Shown here piece by piece: positions 51,364 to 63,450 of a stretch of DNA of 64,000 nucleotides. Within the stretch, counting starts at the first letter, position 1. Every line of letters begins with the position of its first letter. The position numbers and the translations under genes were made by a program. The stretch comes from Malacoraja senta (taxonomy: Eukaryota): contig CM075993.1 of assembly GCA_038087875.1 (NCBI GenBank), positions 8,806,001 through 8,870,000 on the forward strand, read 5' to 3'. A model generated the notes under the pieces. It was not told where the DNA came from, did no database searches, and saw only the letters and a program-made list of their open reading frames with translations.

Positions 51364-51877
51364 GGTTCAAAAGTACTTTAAAAAAACTGATGTCAGGTAA
51401 GGGGAGATGAAAGTTGGAGAGTTGGTATGTCCCATTTGCGTGATGCTTACAAAAAAGTATTTGTTTTTCTCTTTTCCCTTTTTCTCTTTTTTCTTCTTTT
51501 TTAGGGTCTATTTCTTAACTCTTTTTCTTTTGTTTTTAATTTCGTTCTTATAGGGTCTTTGTTCTTTCTTGTTGTCACGTTTTTTTACACTTTCACCTTT
51601 TTCCTTCACTTTCTTCTTTCTCTCAATCTCATCCTTTCCCTTTATTGGTGTAAAAAACTAATAAAGTTTATAACGGAGTACATTAATTGTAATAAGATAT
51701 ATGTGACGAGTATTAATGTATGTGGTTGCAACGTAATGTACTTCTACTAAATAAAAATAAAAAAATAAAAAAAATAAAAAGCCGGACAAACAGACTCAAG
51801 AACAGTTTCTTTCCCATGGCCATTAGAACTCTAAATTCCTCAAGTATCCACACGACATGAGAATGCTGTCATCAATT

Positions 51878-52860
51878 TAGGTATGTTACAATACTTACCT
51901 TCAGCGGCGCTGCAATTCTGCCACTGGCCGTGTGTGCGATTTTGGCGCCTTTGAGGGGGGGCGGGGTTAAAACGCGGGTTTCTCCTACCTTGTCCTGAAT
52001 TATATTTCGTTGGAGTGCAAGCTTTTGCTGAAGAATCGTTCCGACGGGCGTTTTGTGTATTTTTTATTTTTATTCGCCCGACAAGTTCAGCGCTGGAGTT
52101 ATTTTAAAATCAGCTTTGAAAGCCGTTTATTTTATGTATAAAAGTGCTTCTTAAGAGGCCTTTAATTCACATTTTAAAATGCGAAACGGTGATTCTTTTC
52201 CACAAACTAACGGCAGTATTTTTCATGCCGATACGGGGTTAAATTCTCCGCAAATCAACGTTCCAAATGATCGCGTTCCAAAAAACCCCACTCGCAAGAT
52301 GATTTAAATGCCCATTAATTTACAGGTATTAAACATTAAATTCCTTCCATTTGGCCTATAAATCCATGACAATGAGATTTAAAAATTATGTTATATTGTG
52401 AATTCTTGTGTGAATGTTATTTGGACACTTAGGCTATTTAAAAATGTTAATCTATTCTTAAGAAATTGATAGTTTAGATCTAGTAATTGAATTTTGTAAT
52501 TAGCTACAATTAGGTAACTAACTAATTATATGCTTTAATTTCATGTCATCTAAGTAAGATTATTTCATATTTGATTCAGAATGCTTCAATCTATAATAAC
52601 TGAAAATTTCTTTCAGTTCTCTTAATTTTTAAGAAAGTTATGGGCTTTAGACTGTTCTCGATCACAGCTTTTGCGTTAAGTCAATGGAAAAGCAATAGGG
52701 AACAAGATGCTAATTTCCGAGTATGAAAATGGCCATAACTTTTTTAATACTGAAGATTTGAAAGTGAATTAGGTGTCAAATTAAACGTCTTTTTATGCTT
52801 TATCTGATGGGATAAATTAGACTTGATTTTTAAAATCTCAAAAATGTTGTAACATAGCTA
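51878..52860. mobile_element. Non-autonomous TIR DNA transposon (hAT-like), copy B
   Basis: TIRs TAGGTATGTTACAA/TTGTAACATAGCTA; flanks ATCAATT/ATCAATC; inserted in the Rex1 3' UTR. Confidence 0.8.
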
Positions 52861-53104
52861 ATCAATCCACTATAAAACAGACCACTCAGTTAATATTTCC
52901 TCTTTAAAAAAAAATTCTTTTAAAGTATTTACTAAATTTAATGTAATATTCTCCCAGTGCAAAATAACGTATTGAATGTGACTTTGTCTTGTTTGGACTT
53001 GTTTTGGTTGCACTGATCAGGAGTAGCTCTCCTAATTTTGTTATATTTCTAAGTACAATGACAATAAAGGCTTATTATTATTATTATTATTTTATTATTA
53101 TATT

Positions 53105-54265
53105 TATCTATCTATCTATATCTATCTGTATACTATTAAAAGTCTTGTCTTGTTTGTCTGTCTGTCTGTCTGTGACATCAAGGAATTACGGCAAAACACA
53201 ACAGTGCAAAAATTCTGGCAGAACCTTACAGCTTTTTCCCTGTGGTCGTTCGTATCAAGTTTCTTCATATTTGATGTTATATTTTACAAGAAACTTTTTT
53301 AAACTTAAAAACTCAAGATTTTTGGAATAAAGGGGGAACTACGCCAAAATGGTACACGGTAGCGCATAACATTTTGCATCACCTTACGCACCTTTGTCTC
53401 GTGATCGTTCCTGTCAAGTTTCGTTCAGATCGGTGTTATATTTCACAAGTTATTGACACTAACAGTTTACAAAAAACACTTTGAGAACAATAACTTGACA
53501 GATGCTGTGACAGTTGATGGGAGATTCTGGCAGTTTGCAGCTATGATGTCACAATGGGATCTCACAGTTCTCCAATCACAATGGGATCTCATTTACATAA
53601 GCTGCCGTGAACAGTCCTTCACCCGACAATGACATAACAATGGGATCTCAGCTGCCAATCAACAGTGTTAAAGAAGGAACTGCAGATGCTGGAAAATCGA
53701 AGGTACACAAAAATGCTGGAGAAACTCAGCGGGTGCAGCAGCATCTAGGGAGCGAAGGAAATAGGTAACGTTTCGGGCCGAAACGTTACCTATTTCCTTC
53801 GCTCCATAGATGCTGCTGCACCCGCTGAGTTTCTCCAGCATTTTTGTGTACCTGCCAATCAACAGTGTTGGGATAAGCTCCACCCAGTGCAATGATAGAT
53901 TTCTTATATTGTTGTAAGGAGAGGTAGCGAGTGGGGGAGGGGAGGAGAAGAAATGTTATTTAAACATTGTGTTTAGTGGGGGAGTGCAAAAGGGGAAAGG
54001 TGAGGGAGGGAGTGACTGAGGGTAGGGAAAAGGATAAGGAGAGGTGAGGGAGGGAGTGGAGGAGGGGAGAGAAGAGGGACGATTGATTGGCTCCGTGGAG
54101 TGCCAAAGCCGCCCCCAACGTGGTTTCATTAAAACAATTTAAACTTTAAAAACGTCAGCCGCGCCTGATACTTGGGGGCTATGGGTAAGTGGTGGAATAT
54201 TGCGTTGGGGGAACGGGTTGTGTTGAGGGAACGGGTGAGTGGTGGAAATGGGTTGTGTTGGGAGT
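53105..54265 (+). mobile_element. Helitron-like element lacking a recognisable 3' terminus
   Basis: TCTATC...TATACTATTAAAAGTCTTGTC start, colinear with 17116-17480; ends in GGTGGAATATTGCGTTGGGGGAACGGG repeats. Confidence 0.6.
53670..53851. mobile_element. Penelope-derived near-perfect palindrome with 18-bp TSD
   Basis: Arms 53701-53776 and 53778-53853 with one mismatch; CTGCCAATCAACAGTGTT at 53652-53669 and 53852-53869. Confidence 0.9.
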
Positions 54266-54724
54266 TGATGGGCATATAAGAGAGAGAATAGGTTACAGGG
54301 AAAATCACATTGACAGGAATGCTCCAAGAGCCAGCATGGACTCAATTTACTGAATGCTTTCTATTTTGTAAGAAAATATAAAATTAAAATATAAATATTT
54401 GCTGGACTTACATTTTAAATTAAGTCTTACATTTTGGTGGATGGCAGCAAAATTGAAATCAACAAAAATCATTTGGGGAAAATGCCCCACAGTATGAAGA
54501 TACACAGATCATTAAGGAAGATTGTTGTGTTTTTTACTGGCCTAATGTCTCGCCCCAGCACTCATTGCACTTCTAATGTGCAATGTCCTACAATCATCTT
54601 TAGCAGCTTTATCAAAGTCACATGTTCATCAAAATATCAAACAGGAGAATATTTTTAGAACAGTGTTCTGTTCTATTCACAAATCTTCTGATAACAAAGC
54701 AGTCAGCAAGATCTAGACAACATA

Positions 54725-54927
54725 CAGGCATCGGAAGCGTCAAGGAAGACTACGAGGGAGCTCCAATGCGGAGATCACGTGGATGCTCTGGCGCGATGAC
54801 CGGGGTGCTCCGACACCGAGACCACAGGAGAGCTCCTACACGGAGACCACATGGGCGTTAGTGAGCAAAAATAATTGCTTACATAAGTGTGAGTTTACAT
54901 AAGTTGTCTTAAGTCAGCGAATGCCTG
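54725..54927. mobile_element. Possible Tc1/mariner (Tigger-like) MITE remnant
   Basis: TA|CAGGCAT...ATGCCTG|TA with TTACATAAGT subterminal repeats at the right end; only 7 bp of TIR match. Confidence 0.45.
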
Positions 54928-55303
54928 TATTAACAATTTAGTTGATGAGCCTGTCTAATGTATGCACGTTTGTAGACGATACAAAGCTAGGTGGCAGTAC
55001 AAGCTGTAAGAGGGATACAAGAGGGTACAGTGAGGCTGTGAATTGGTGAGGACGTTGCAGATGGCATAAAATGTAGATAAATATTAGGATAAACCACCTA
55101 GTAGACAAAAATAGAAAAGCAGATTAAAAGGTTTTTTAAAAGAGATTATTCATCCATAGAGTCCTTACTACCTCAACATACAGGTCCACCTCAGTGAAGT
55201 GTTTGTAACCCGGACAATTCATAGCAGAGGATGCGTGTAGTCCCGCTGCAACTGGCAAATCCACTCTGTTGGTCACCCAAACACTTAATCATACGACAGA
55301 GTC

Positions 55304-56185
55304 TCCCTAGTCCTCACCTTCCACCCCATACAGTACATAATCCCTAGTCCTCACCTTCCACCCCATACAGCATACATCTGCAACGGGATCCTACCACTAG
55401 CCACATCTTCCCATCTCCACCCCTTTCCACTTTCCACAGAGATCGCTCCCTCCGCAACTCCTTGGTCAACTCGTCCCTTCCCACACAAACAACCCCCTCC
55501 CCAGGTACGTACCCCTGCAATCGCAGGAGATTCACTCGCACCTCCTCCAACCTCATCTACTATATCTGTTGTTCCAGGTGTGGACTCCCATATATCGGTG
55601 AGACCAGGCGCAGGCTCAGCAATCATTTCACTGAATACCTCCGCTCAGTCCACCTAAACCTACCGGTTGCTAAACACTTTAAATCCCCCTCCCATTCCCA
55701 CACTGACCTTTCTGTCCTGGGGCTCTTCCAATGCCAGAGTGAGGCCCAGCACAAATTGGAGGAACAGCACCTCAAATTTCGCTTGGGCAGCTTATACCCC
55801 AGTGGTATGAACATTGACTTCTCTAACTTCTAGTAATCCTTTCTTTCCCTCCCTCTCCATCCCTCTGCCTTCCCAGTTCTCCGACCAGTCTTACTGTCTC
55901 CGATGACATTTTATCTCTGTTTGCTTTGTTGTTACCTTCTCCCAGCTAACAATGGTCTGTTCTACATTTTCCTTGATCTACATTTGCTTTGTCCTGTTTT
56001 CACACTTCACACTTCACACTTCCTTATCTATGTATCTCCCTCTCCCCTGACATGAGTCTAAAGAAGGGTATCGACCCGAAGCATCACCCATTCCTTCTTT
56101 CCAGAGATGCTGCCTGTCCTGCTGAGTTACTCCAGCATTTTGTGTCTATCTTCGGTTTAAACCAGCATCTGCAGTTCCTTCCAAC
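55304..56185 (+). mobile_element. Penelope-like element 3' part (GIY-YIG plus pLTR)
   Basis: ORF 55462-55833: SSNLIYYICCSRCGLPYIGETRRRL..H..VAKHF..LEEQHL..LGSLYPSGMNIDF; pLTR follows. Confidence 0.88.
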
Positions 56186-56339
56186 ACTTGATCATACGTA
56201 CAGGCTTTGCTTAAATTGTGTGTTCGTAACCTGGAGAGAAACTGCAAGAACAATCCAAACCATCCAACTCCTCATCCTCTCCCTAATACACCAAACAAGT
56301 CTTTGCTTTCTCATAATTATCCAGTTTCTTTTTGAATCT

Positions 56340-57365
56340 GACCCCTGGCAGTACCTTCCTACTATGACTTCCTCCTTACTATGATACTCAATTCAAGACT
56401 GATGAGGACAAATGTGCCAAAAGCCTTCTTCAACACTCTATCTACCTGTGATGCCACTTTCAGGGAACCACATACTTGGACTCCTAGATCTCACAGGTCT
56501 GCAACACTCCCCAGGCCCCTACCATTCACTATGGTCCTGCCCTAATTTGTCGTTTCAAACTGCAACATCTCACTCTTTTGTGCATTAACTGCTCGGATAG
56601 CTGATTAAGATCCTACTGTAATTCTTGATAAATCGTCCTCACTGTATACGATACCACCTATTTTAGTATAATCTGCAAACTTATAAATCACCTTGTTCAT
56701 TCTCAACCAAATCATTGATATAAACGACATGTCGAATGATATAGAAAGAAATGGGCCCAGCAACAACCCCCGAGGCATAACCTTCCGCCACCACCATTTG
56801 CTTCATACCGTGAACTGGATTCTGTATCCAGTTGAAGACACAAAGTGCTGGTGTAACACAGCCTGCAGGGTCAGCCTGGGTCTCTGGAAAACAGGGATAC
56901 GGGATGTTTTGGGTTGGGACCCTTCTTCAGAATGAGCGCCAAGGGAAAAAAAGCTACAAGAGGATTGGCAGTACAAGCTGACTCTTCATCTGTATCAACC
57001 TATTACCTGCGAGGCTTTGTCCTGCCCTCCTCTCTTCCAGCTTTCTTTGTGTCTTTTGCAAACCGTCATCTGCAGTTCCATGTTTCTGTATTCAGTTTGG
57101 TAGCTAGATCTCCCTTCCAGAGCAGCCTACCATGTGGAACCTGAAGTCCATATCAACTTTCTTGATTGCTTCTTCAAAACTCTAAGCAATGTACAAGACA
57201 CGATCTCCCACATACAAAAACATGCTGTCAGTCCCTAATTAACTCCTGTCTATCCAAATTCATGTACATCTTATCCCTCAGATTCATGTCCAGTAATTTC
57301 CTACCACAGATGTTAGGATTACTGGTCTACAATTTCCTGGCTTTTCTTTTCAGCCCTTCTTAAAT
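56340..57365 (-). mobile_element. Old CR1 RT fragment with nested Penelope-derived repeat (~56835-57090)
   Basis: Reverse-strand CR1 motifs (AAAGCCTTCTTCA, ATCTGCAAACTT, TCCCTAATTAACTCCTGTCTATCCAA). Confidence 0.6.
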
Positions 57366-57661
57366 AGAGAGCATATCTTGGCACCAAGACATCTCCACGT
57401 TAGTTATGGAGAAACTGCAGGAAATTAGCATTGAGGTAGAAGATGATCAGTGATCTTAATAAATGGAGGAGCAATCACAATAGGACAAATGGCCTACAGC
57501 CAGTCCTATTTCATACTGCTTTTTCATCGACCTTTCCTTCATTATCAGATCCGAAAGTGGAAATGTTCAGTTAATTGCACAAACTACAATCATTTGCAAT
57601 AATTTAAATCATGAAACAGAATATGCTTGTATGCGGACCGAGTTGGAAGTTATATTTCTCA

Positions 57662-58645
57662 CTAAACCAAGTGCGGACCCTTTGGGTCCCGTCCCCCAAC
57701 GAAATATTCCACCACTGCCCCCAACGATAGTTCCCGTTGTGACGCCAGAGATCCCCGTTGTGAAGCGAGTCATGGCAACTCTTCCCCAACTGCGCCTCGC
57801 CATCCCTCTTCCTACCCCTATCCTCCTCCATTCCCCCTCATTCTCCAACACCTCCTCCCCCTCCTCTCCATACTCCCTCTTCTTTCCCCTCTCTCCTCCC
57901 CCACTCCCCCCTCTCCTTTCCCCTACCCTCAGTCACTCCCTCCCCCCTCCCCCCTCCCTACCCCCCTCTATCTCCCTGCTCCCCACTCCTCACCTCCCCC
58001 TATCCCACTCCCCCTCCTCACCTCCCCATTGCCCTCCTCGCCCTCTATCCCCCACTCCCTACCTCCCCCACTCCCCCTCCCCTCCTCCCCCACTCTCCCT
58101 CCCCTCCTCCCCACTCTCCCTCCTCACCTCCCCACCTCTCCCTCTATCCCCCTGCTCCCCCACTCACCTATCCCCACCCCCCACAATGAAAATTGCAATT
58201 TAAAAAAAAAATGACACCTCCCCCCTATCCCACCCCCCACAATGAAAATTACGATTTTTCTTTAAAATAACCTAACCACAATGCTCGCTGTTAATGAAAA
58301 CGGAAGAATTTGATTAAAACTGATTTTTATTTTAAATCACGATTTTTAAAAATGTAAATGAGATTCAGGATCCCATTGTGACGTTGAATGCTGCTGACGG
58401 GCAGGGAAAGTGGAAAAGTGGTTTGAAATTTGATTTTTGTAAAGTTTCAATGTCAATAACGTAAAATATAGCATCAATCCGAACAAAATTTGTTTCTTTT
58501 ACATACCAGGATAATGGTGAGTGAGGTGGGCAAAATATTGTAGCACTATCGTGTACTGTTTTGGCGGGGTTTTGGAATATCGCGCACATGCACGCATACA
58601 TACAAACAAACAGGATTAGAGTTTTAGTAATATATAGATAGATAT
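57662..58645 (-). mobile_element. Complete Helitron-like non-autonomous element
   Basis: 5' TCTATCTATATATTACTAAAACTCTAATC; 3' GGACCC-AAA-GGGTCC hairpin plus GCACTTGGTTTAG|T; shares a 3' block with 28341-28620; long purine tract inside. Confidence 0.7.
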
Positions 58646-59279
58646 AAGATTGCAGACTGTAGACTTTATACAACAAGAGTGACTAACCACCACTAGTGCT
58701 CAAATACATTTAATATTACCATTACCAAGCCCCACAATATTGCCAAATGATAGCTATGAAACTAATTGTCTACCTCACCAAGGCATATTTTCACCATCTA
58801 CAAGGCAAAAACAAGAATGTGATTAAATATTCTTCATTGCTTGGATAAGTGCAGCTCCAACATCACCTAAAGAGCCATGCAGTGGTCACTTAATTGGCAC
58901 TCTAACTATTACCTTAATGTTCATTTTACCATCAACAGTGACCATGTTTGCAGTGTACACTTCTAGAACGTGCAGTGCTACAGCTCACCACACCATCTTC
59001 AACAGCAGCTCTCAAACACATGACCATTACCACCTGGAAAGACCAGTAGAAACTGTGCAAAATCACCACCACCTGTAAATTTTTCACCCTTCATGCATTC
59101 ATATTGAGTTTCTTTCACCGTATCCAACAATTCTATTAGAATACTATTACGAACAGAATGAAGCAGTTCAAATTGGTGGCTCATTATCAGTTCATGGGAA
59201 GACAAATGGCACTCTTGGATTTATTGAGTTGAATAGCTTGTTTCAATGCTGCAAATACTATTTAACATCTAATTTAATA

Positions 59280-59847
59280 TCATATCATATAACTATTAAA
59301 ACTCTGATCTTGGATATGTGTGTGTGTATAATCACATCTTCTCAAAGAAACAACACGCTAACGGTAAAATGTTTACATATTCCGGTAGAGATTTTTTCCG
59401 TGCAGTCCAAAATTGCCTTATCTGAAAAATTCATGCTTTATTTCTCAAATTATTAATGAAAATGTTTAAAAATACTTTGAATTTAAAATGGTTTTAACTT
59501 TAAAATCATTCCTCAGAGCTTCCAATACACTTCGATACAAAGTTGCAAGACAGCAACACTGAATTTTTCAGCTTAATGGCATCTAACAGCAAGTGCACCC
59601 GACATTTGCAACAATGTTGCCATCATAGCTCCTGGCAGGACAGGAAGGAGAGGGTCAATTGGTATTGCAATTGGGGATTGATTTTTTTTTTACTCCAGCG
59701 CTGGGGGAGGCTCACGAGCTATGATCTTTGCTGAGGAGTGCTCGAATCTTACCTTCGGCAATGGGTTGAGTTGGAGAACCACGCCTCCCATGGGGGTTAC
59801 GGGTAGGGGACAGGTGAATTGGGTCAATGGGTCTGCACTTGGTCTAG
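59280..59847 (+). mobile_element. Complete short Helitron-like element
   Basis: 5' TCATATAACTATTAAAACTCTGATC; 3' GCACTTGGTCTAG|T; homologous to the reverse complement of 28740-29281. Confidence 0.7.
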
Positions 59848-62121
59848 TATATCATTAAATTTGTCTTCTTGCCTCAGAGTCACTTTGTTTGTGTAATCGT
59901 TTTACACACTATTCAATGGTTAGAATTACAGCAATCAATGTGAATGGTTTGACCCCTTCACTCTGGTGTCTTCATTTCAAGCATTTTGAATACATTATTG
60001 TTTTGGAGCAATAACTTGTAAATATTCCCACTGTATGACTTTACAACTCAATTCAACAGGGAAAACATGTTATGTAAAAGCAATTTTTTAAATGGAAAAT
60101 TTACGATTTGGACATGGTTCCAATCAATTTTTATCCTCATCTAAATTTGTACATAATCATGTACAAATAAAGTAAATTTGACATTTATTTCATCAGAACT
60201 TTATATTTAGTCTTAAATTTGTTAAATGAACTTTTATTATAAATAGTTTGAATATACATTTTAAGTAAGCCAGCATTTGTTCCGCATGAATTGAATATGT
60301 TAAGGGACTGAAGTAACAATTAATTTTGTTACTTCATCAGGAAGCTACACTATCCATATTTTAATGTAATCAAGCATTTTCAATTCATTATAGTTTTCGA
60401 ATTGTACATTTAATTTCAATTTTCAAGGCACATTGTAAATTACTATGGCTGAAGCAAAGCAAGAATTTCATTGTCCTATCAGAGACACATGACAATAAAC
60501 TCACTTGACTTGACTTGACAATACACTTGAATTTATTGTGAGAGAAAAACTGGTTCTGTATGCATAATGAAATCAAATAGCTATTTTCTCCAATATAAAC
60601 TGTTAAATTGGCTGTTATTTGTATTGTACATAGAAGTGCAATCCAAAAGTACAAAATGGTAACCATGCTTCATCTTCATGATACAAAACTATAAGTAGCT
60701 GCAAATAATTAACTTAACATAACTTTCCCTTATGGAGTTCAAAACCCAGTTCCAATTTACAAAACCTCTCATGCTTCTCTTCAGATGTTATTCTCATCAA
60801 ATTATTTATCCCTAGTTAAACTTTGTAATATTTGCAATAAGTACAAGAGTTCTTTTTAATAGCTAATTGCTATTTCCAGCAAGTATATTAAGGATTATTC
60901 CATTATTTTGCATGTCATACAAAACACTACAAAGGAACTGTTCTACCTTTTCAGTAAAGCAAATTTGATTACTAAGCAGCTTGTGTTCATTTTAAAACAG
61001 ACTTAATGCTCCACCTTACAGACATGCTGGCTCCAGCTGAATGCAAGATCACTATTTCCAAAACCTCTTGACAAAAGTGCCACGTTGAACCAAACTTGAA
61101 TCATGCACAAAAGAGAGAAAACAGAAATTTCTGATATTAGGGATAGCGGAACAGTTTTACATTTAGTCTGAATAAAGCCTTACAGAACTGGAATTCAAAT
61201 GTAAACATTTCCTCTGACCATGTACATATGCAAATCAACAAATACAGCTTCAAATGGAACAGAGTATGGGCTCAAGCACTGACCAATATGTCCAGAAATA
61301 TTATAGATATGTAAAAACAGTCAATCAAATTCGTCAAAGATACTTCATTGATGACTTATGAAGTCATTATGACCGCTCAATACTTATGGTTTGTCCAATA
61401 TGAAATGAGATATTGTGTCGTTTGCTGGGCTAGCACTAAAGTTTAATGATGTATTTCATATAGTTTTTGGATGATTTTGGCAAGTTGAGCACTAAATATC
61501 CAATTTAGGTAATTTCCAAATATCCAATTAATGGTCATTTATACAGTGCTGGCGAGCGATTTTCTTAAACTGCAGCTGCACTTGTGATAAAGGTACCTCT
61601 ACAGCACTGGTAGCTAAAGAGTGTCAGGATTTTGACTAAAACAATGCTGAAATGGTGATACATATCCAAGTGGACTCCACAAGACATTGCTGGCCTACTG
61701 GTTGATAAAGATGGCGAGTCCTAATTTCACTCTGTTCTATAGTCACCTAGATATTGACCTTTCTGTACATTCAATTCACTCTGTCCACTCTAAACCTGTC
61801 TCCTTTGCAAAAAAGAAAATAACCCTATCCCCATAACTATAATTTTTCAAACCTGGAAGCATTCTCAATTCCTTTCACTTTCTCTCGTGCTATTATATCC
61901 TTCCTTGCCGTGTGATAACCAGAACTTAACACATTTCCCTAATTAAAGTTACACTAATTTCTAATATCATATAGCCTTTCTCACTAGTTTTATTTGACCA
62001 ATGAAAACCACTTGCTACTTAATCATTGGATTTGTATTTCCTACTCCAAGAACTCTGTGGACATGTATTCCAAGATACTTCATAATGCCTTTCCATTTAT
62101 CAAATATTGCATTTCCCAAAT

Positions 62122-62321
62122 NNNNNNNNNNNNNNNNNNNNNNNNNNNNNNNNNNNNNNNNNNNNNNNNNNNNNNNNNNNNNNNNNNNNNNNNNNNNNNN
62201 NNNNNNNNNNNNNNNNNNNNNNNNNNNNNNNNNNNNNNNNNNNNNNNNNNNNNNNNNNNNNNNNNNNNNNNNNNNNNNNNNNNNNNNNNNNNNNNNNNNN
62301 NNNNNNNNNNNNNNNNNNNNN
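62122..62321. other. Assembly gap (200 N)
   Basis: Run of N. Confidence 1.
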
Positions 62322-62559
62322 AAACTGGTAAACTTGCATGGTCAGGCAGAAACATTGGATGGGCAAAACACTGGATACTGTATTGAAGAGACAGATGAAA
62401 GCAAGATGTTTATAGCTATTGTTTTTAAACTATCTAAAACTAGTGTAAATTATTTTTTTAAGAAAAAACTGATGATGCTCAATGTTGAAATAAAAACAAA
62501 CTGGTGAAAATATTTGGTGGGTCAGGTGAAGAGTGAAATAGGGACCTTCTGATCTATTA

Positions 62560-63060
62560 GTCTAGCGTCAGTAGGGAAAATATTCAGTTAATAAGGATTA
62601 TAGAAGTAGAAAAGAATAATGGGATAAAAAAAGAGTCGGCATGGATTTATGATAGGAAAATCTGTGCTGAAGCCAAGTTCTTCACAATCTATATCAGCAA
62701 ATTGGCTGAGGGGGCAAAATATCTTAAGTATGCTGATGATATAAAATTCGGTAGCATTGTGAGAAGGAAAGATGTAAAGAAGCTTTAAGAGGATATAGGA
62801 AAGTTAAGTGTGTGGTGTGGACATAGCAAATGAAGTATAATGCGTATGAAAGAAAAATTAGGTTATCTACCTTCGAGCACAGAAAATCAGAGTTTTTTCT
62901 AAATGCTGAGATGCTAGGAATTTCAATCGTAAAAGGAACCGAGGTGCCCTCACACTTAAGTCGTTGAAAGCCAATATGTAGAGGCATTAATTAGGATGAC
63001 AAGTGGTTTGCTAGCAGTAAATATGATTTATATGAGATAAAGATGTTTAACTACAATTAT
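62560..63060 (+). mobile_element. Very old CR1 RT fragment
   Basis: Degenerate TTCACAATCTATATCA, AAGTATGCTGATGAT (KYADD) and TTATCTACCTTCG motifs. Confidence 0.55.
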
Positions 63061-63214
63061 ATTAATAATAATAATAATTCATTTTATTTACTGGCGCCTT
63101 TCTAAAACCCAAGGACACCTTACAAGGCATAGAATCACAAAAATACAAAACACATAATCGGAATAAATTAAATATAAAAACACCACAGTACACAAATCAA
63201 GGATATTGTGTTCT

Positions 63215-63450
63215 CGTGAGGCCTTCATCTTTTTGCACACAGTTTTGCTGTCCCCAGGCATTCTCCTATAATACTATCTCGGTCACCTCCATCCAGGGGC
63301 CTAAGCTGCCCTTCCAGAAAGGTGACCATTTTAATTCTCATTCCCATACTGACCTGTCTGTCCTTTGCCTCCTCCACTGCCAGGATGAGGCCAAATGCAA
63401 AGTAGAGAAATAACTTCATAAGTTCAGTCAGGATAGACTATAATCTGATG
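63215..63450 (+). mobile_element. Decayed Penelope GIY-YIG fragment
   Basis: HFNSHSHTDLSVLCLLHCQDEAKCKVE. Confidence 0.65.

Larger units (their letters stand above)
45651..51776 (+). mobile_element. Full-length L1-clade LINE (6.1 kb) with 17-bp TSD
   Basis: Starts GACTTCCGGTGGCGCCATG; ORF1, ~0.7-kb spacer, EN-RT ORF2, A-rich tail; TSD AAAAGCCGGACAAACAG at 45634-45650 and 51777-51793. Confidence 0.95.
44718..53100 (+). mobile_element. 5'-truncated Rex1/Babar LINE hosting the full-length L1 and TIR copy B (host pieces 44718-45650, 51794-51877, 52861-53100)
   Basis: [38 protein letters not shown] rejoin across the L1; ends ATGACAATAAAGGC plus (TAT)n. Confidence 0.88.

Noticed and set aside
43422..52860. 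Composite transposon formed by two TIR copies flanking the L1
   Set aside because: Each copy has its own distinct flanking duplication and copy B interrupts the Rex1 UTR, so they are independent insertions.
57631..58203. Pro/Ser-rich 190-aa ORF
   Set aside because: Translation of a low-complexity C/T tract inside a Helitron-like element.
61994..62507. ORFs spanning the N run
   Set aside because: Artefacts of the 200-N assembly gap.
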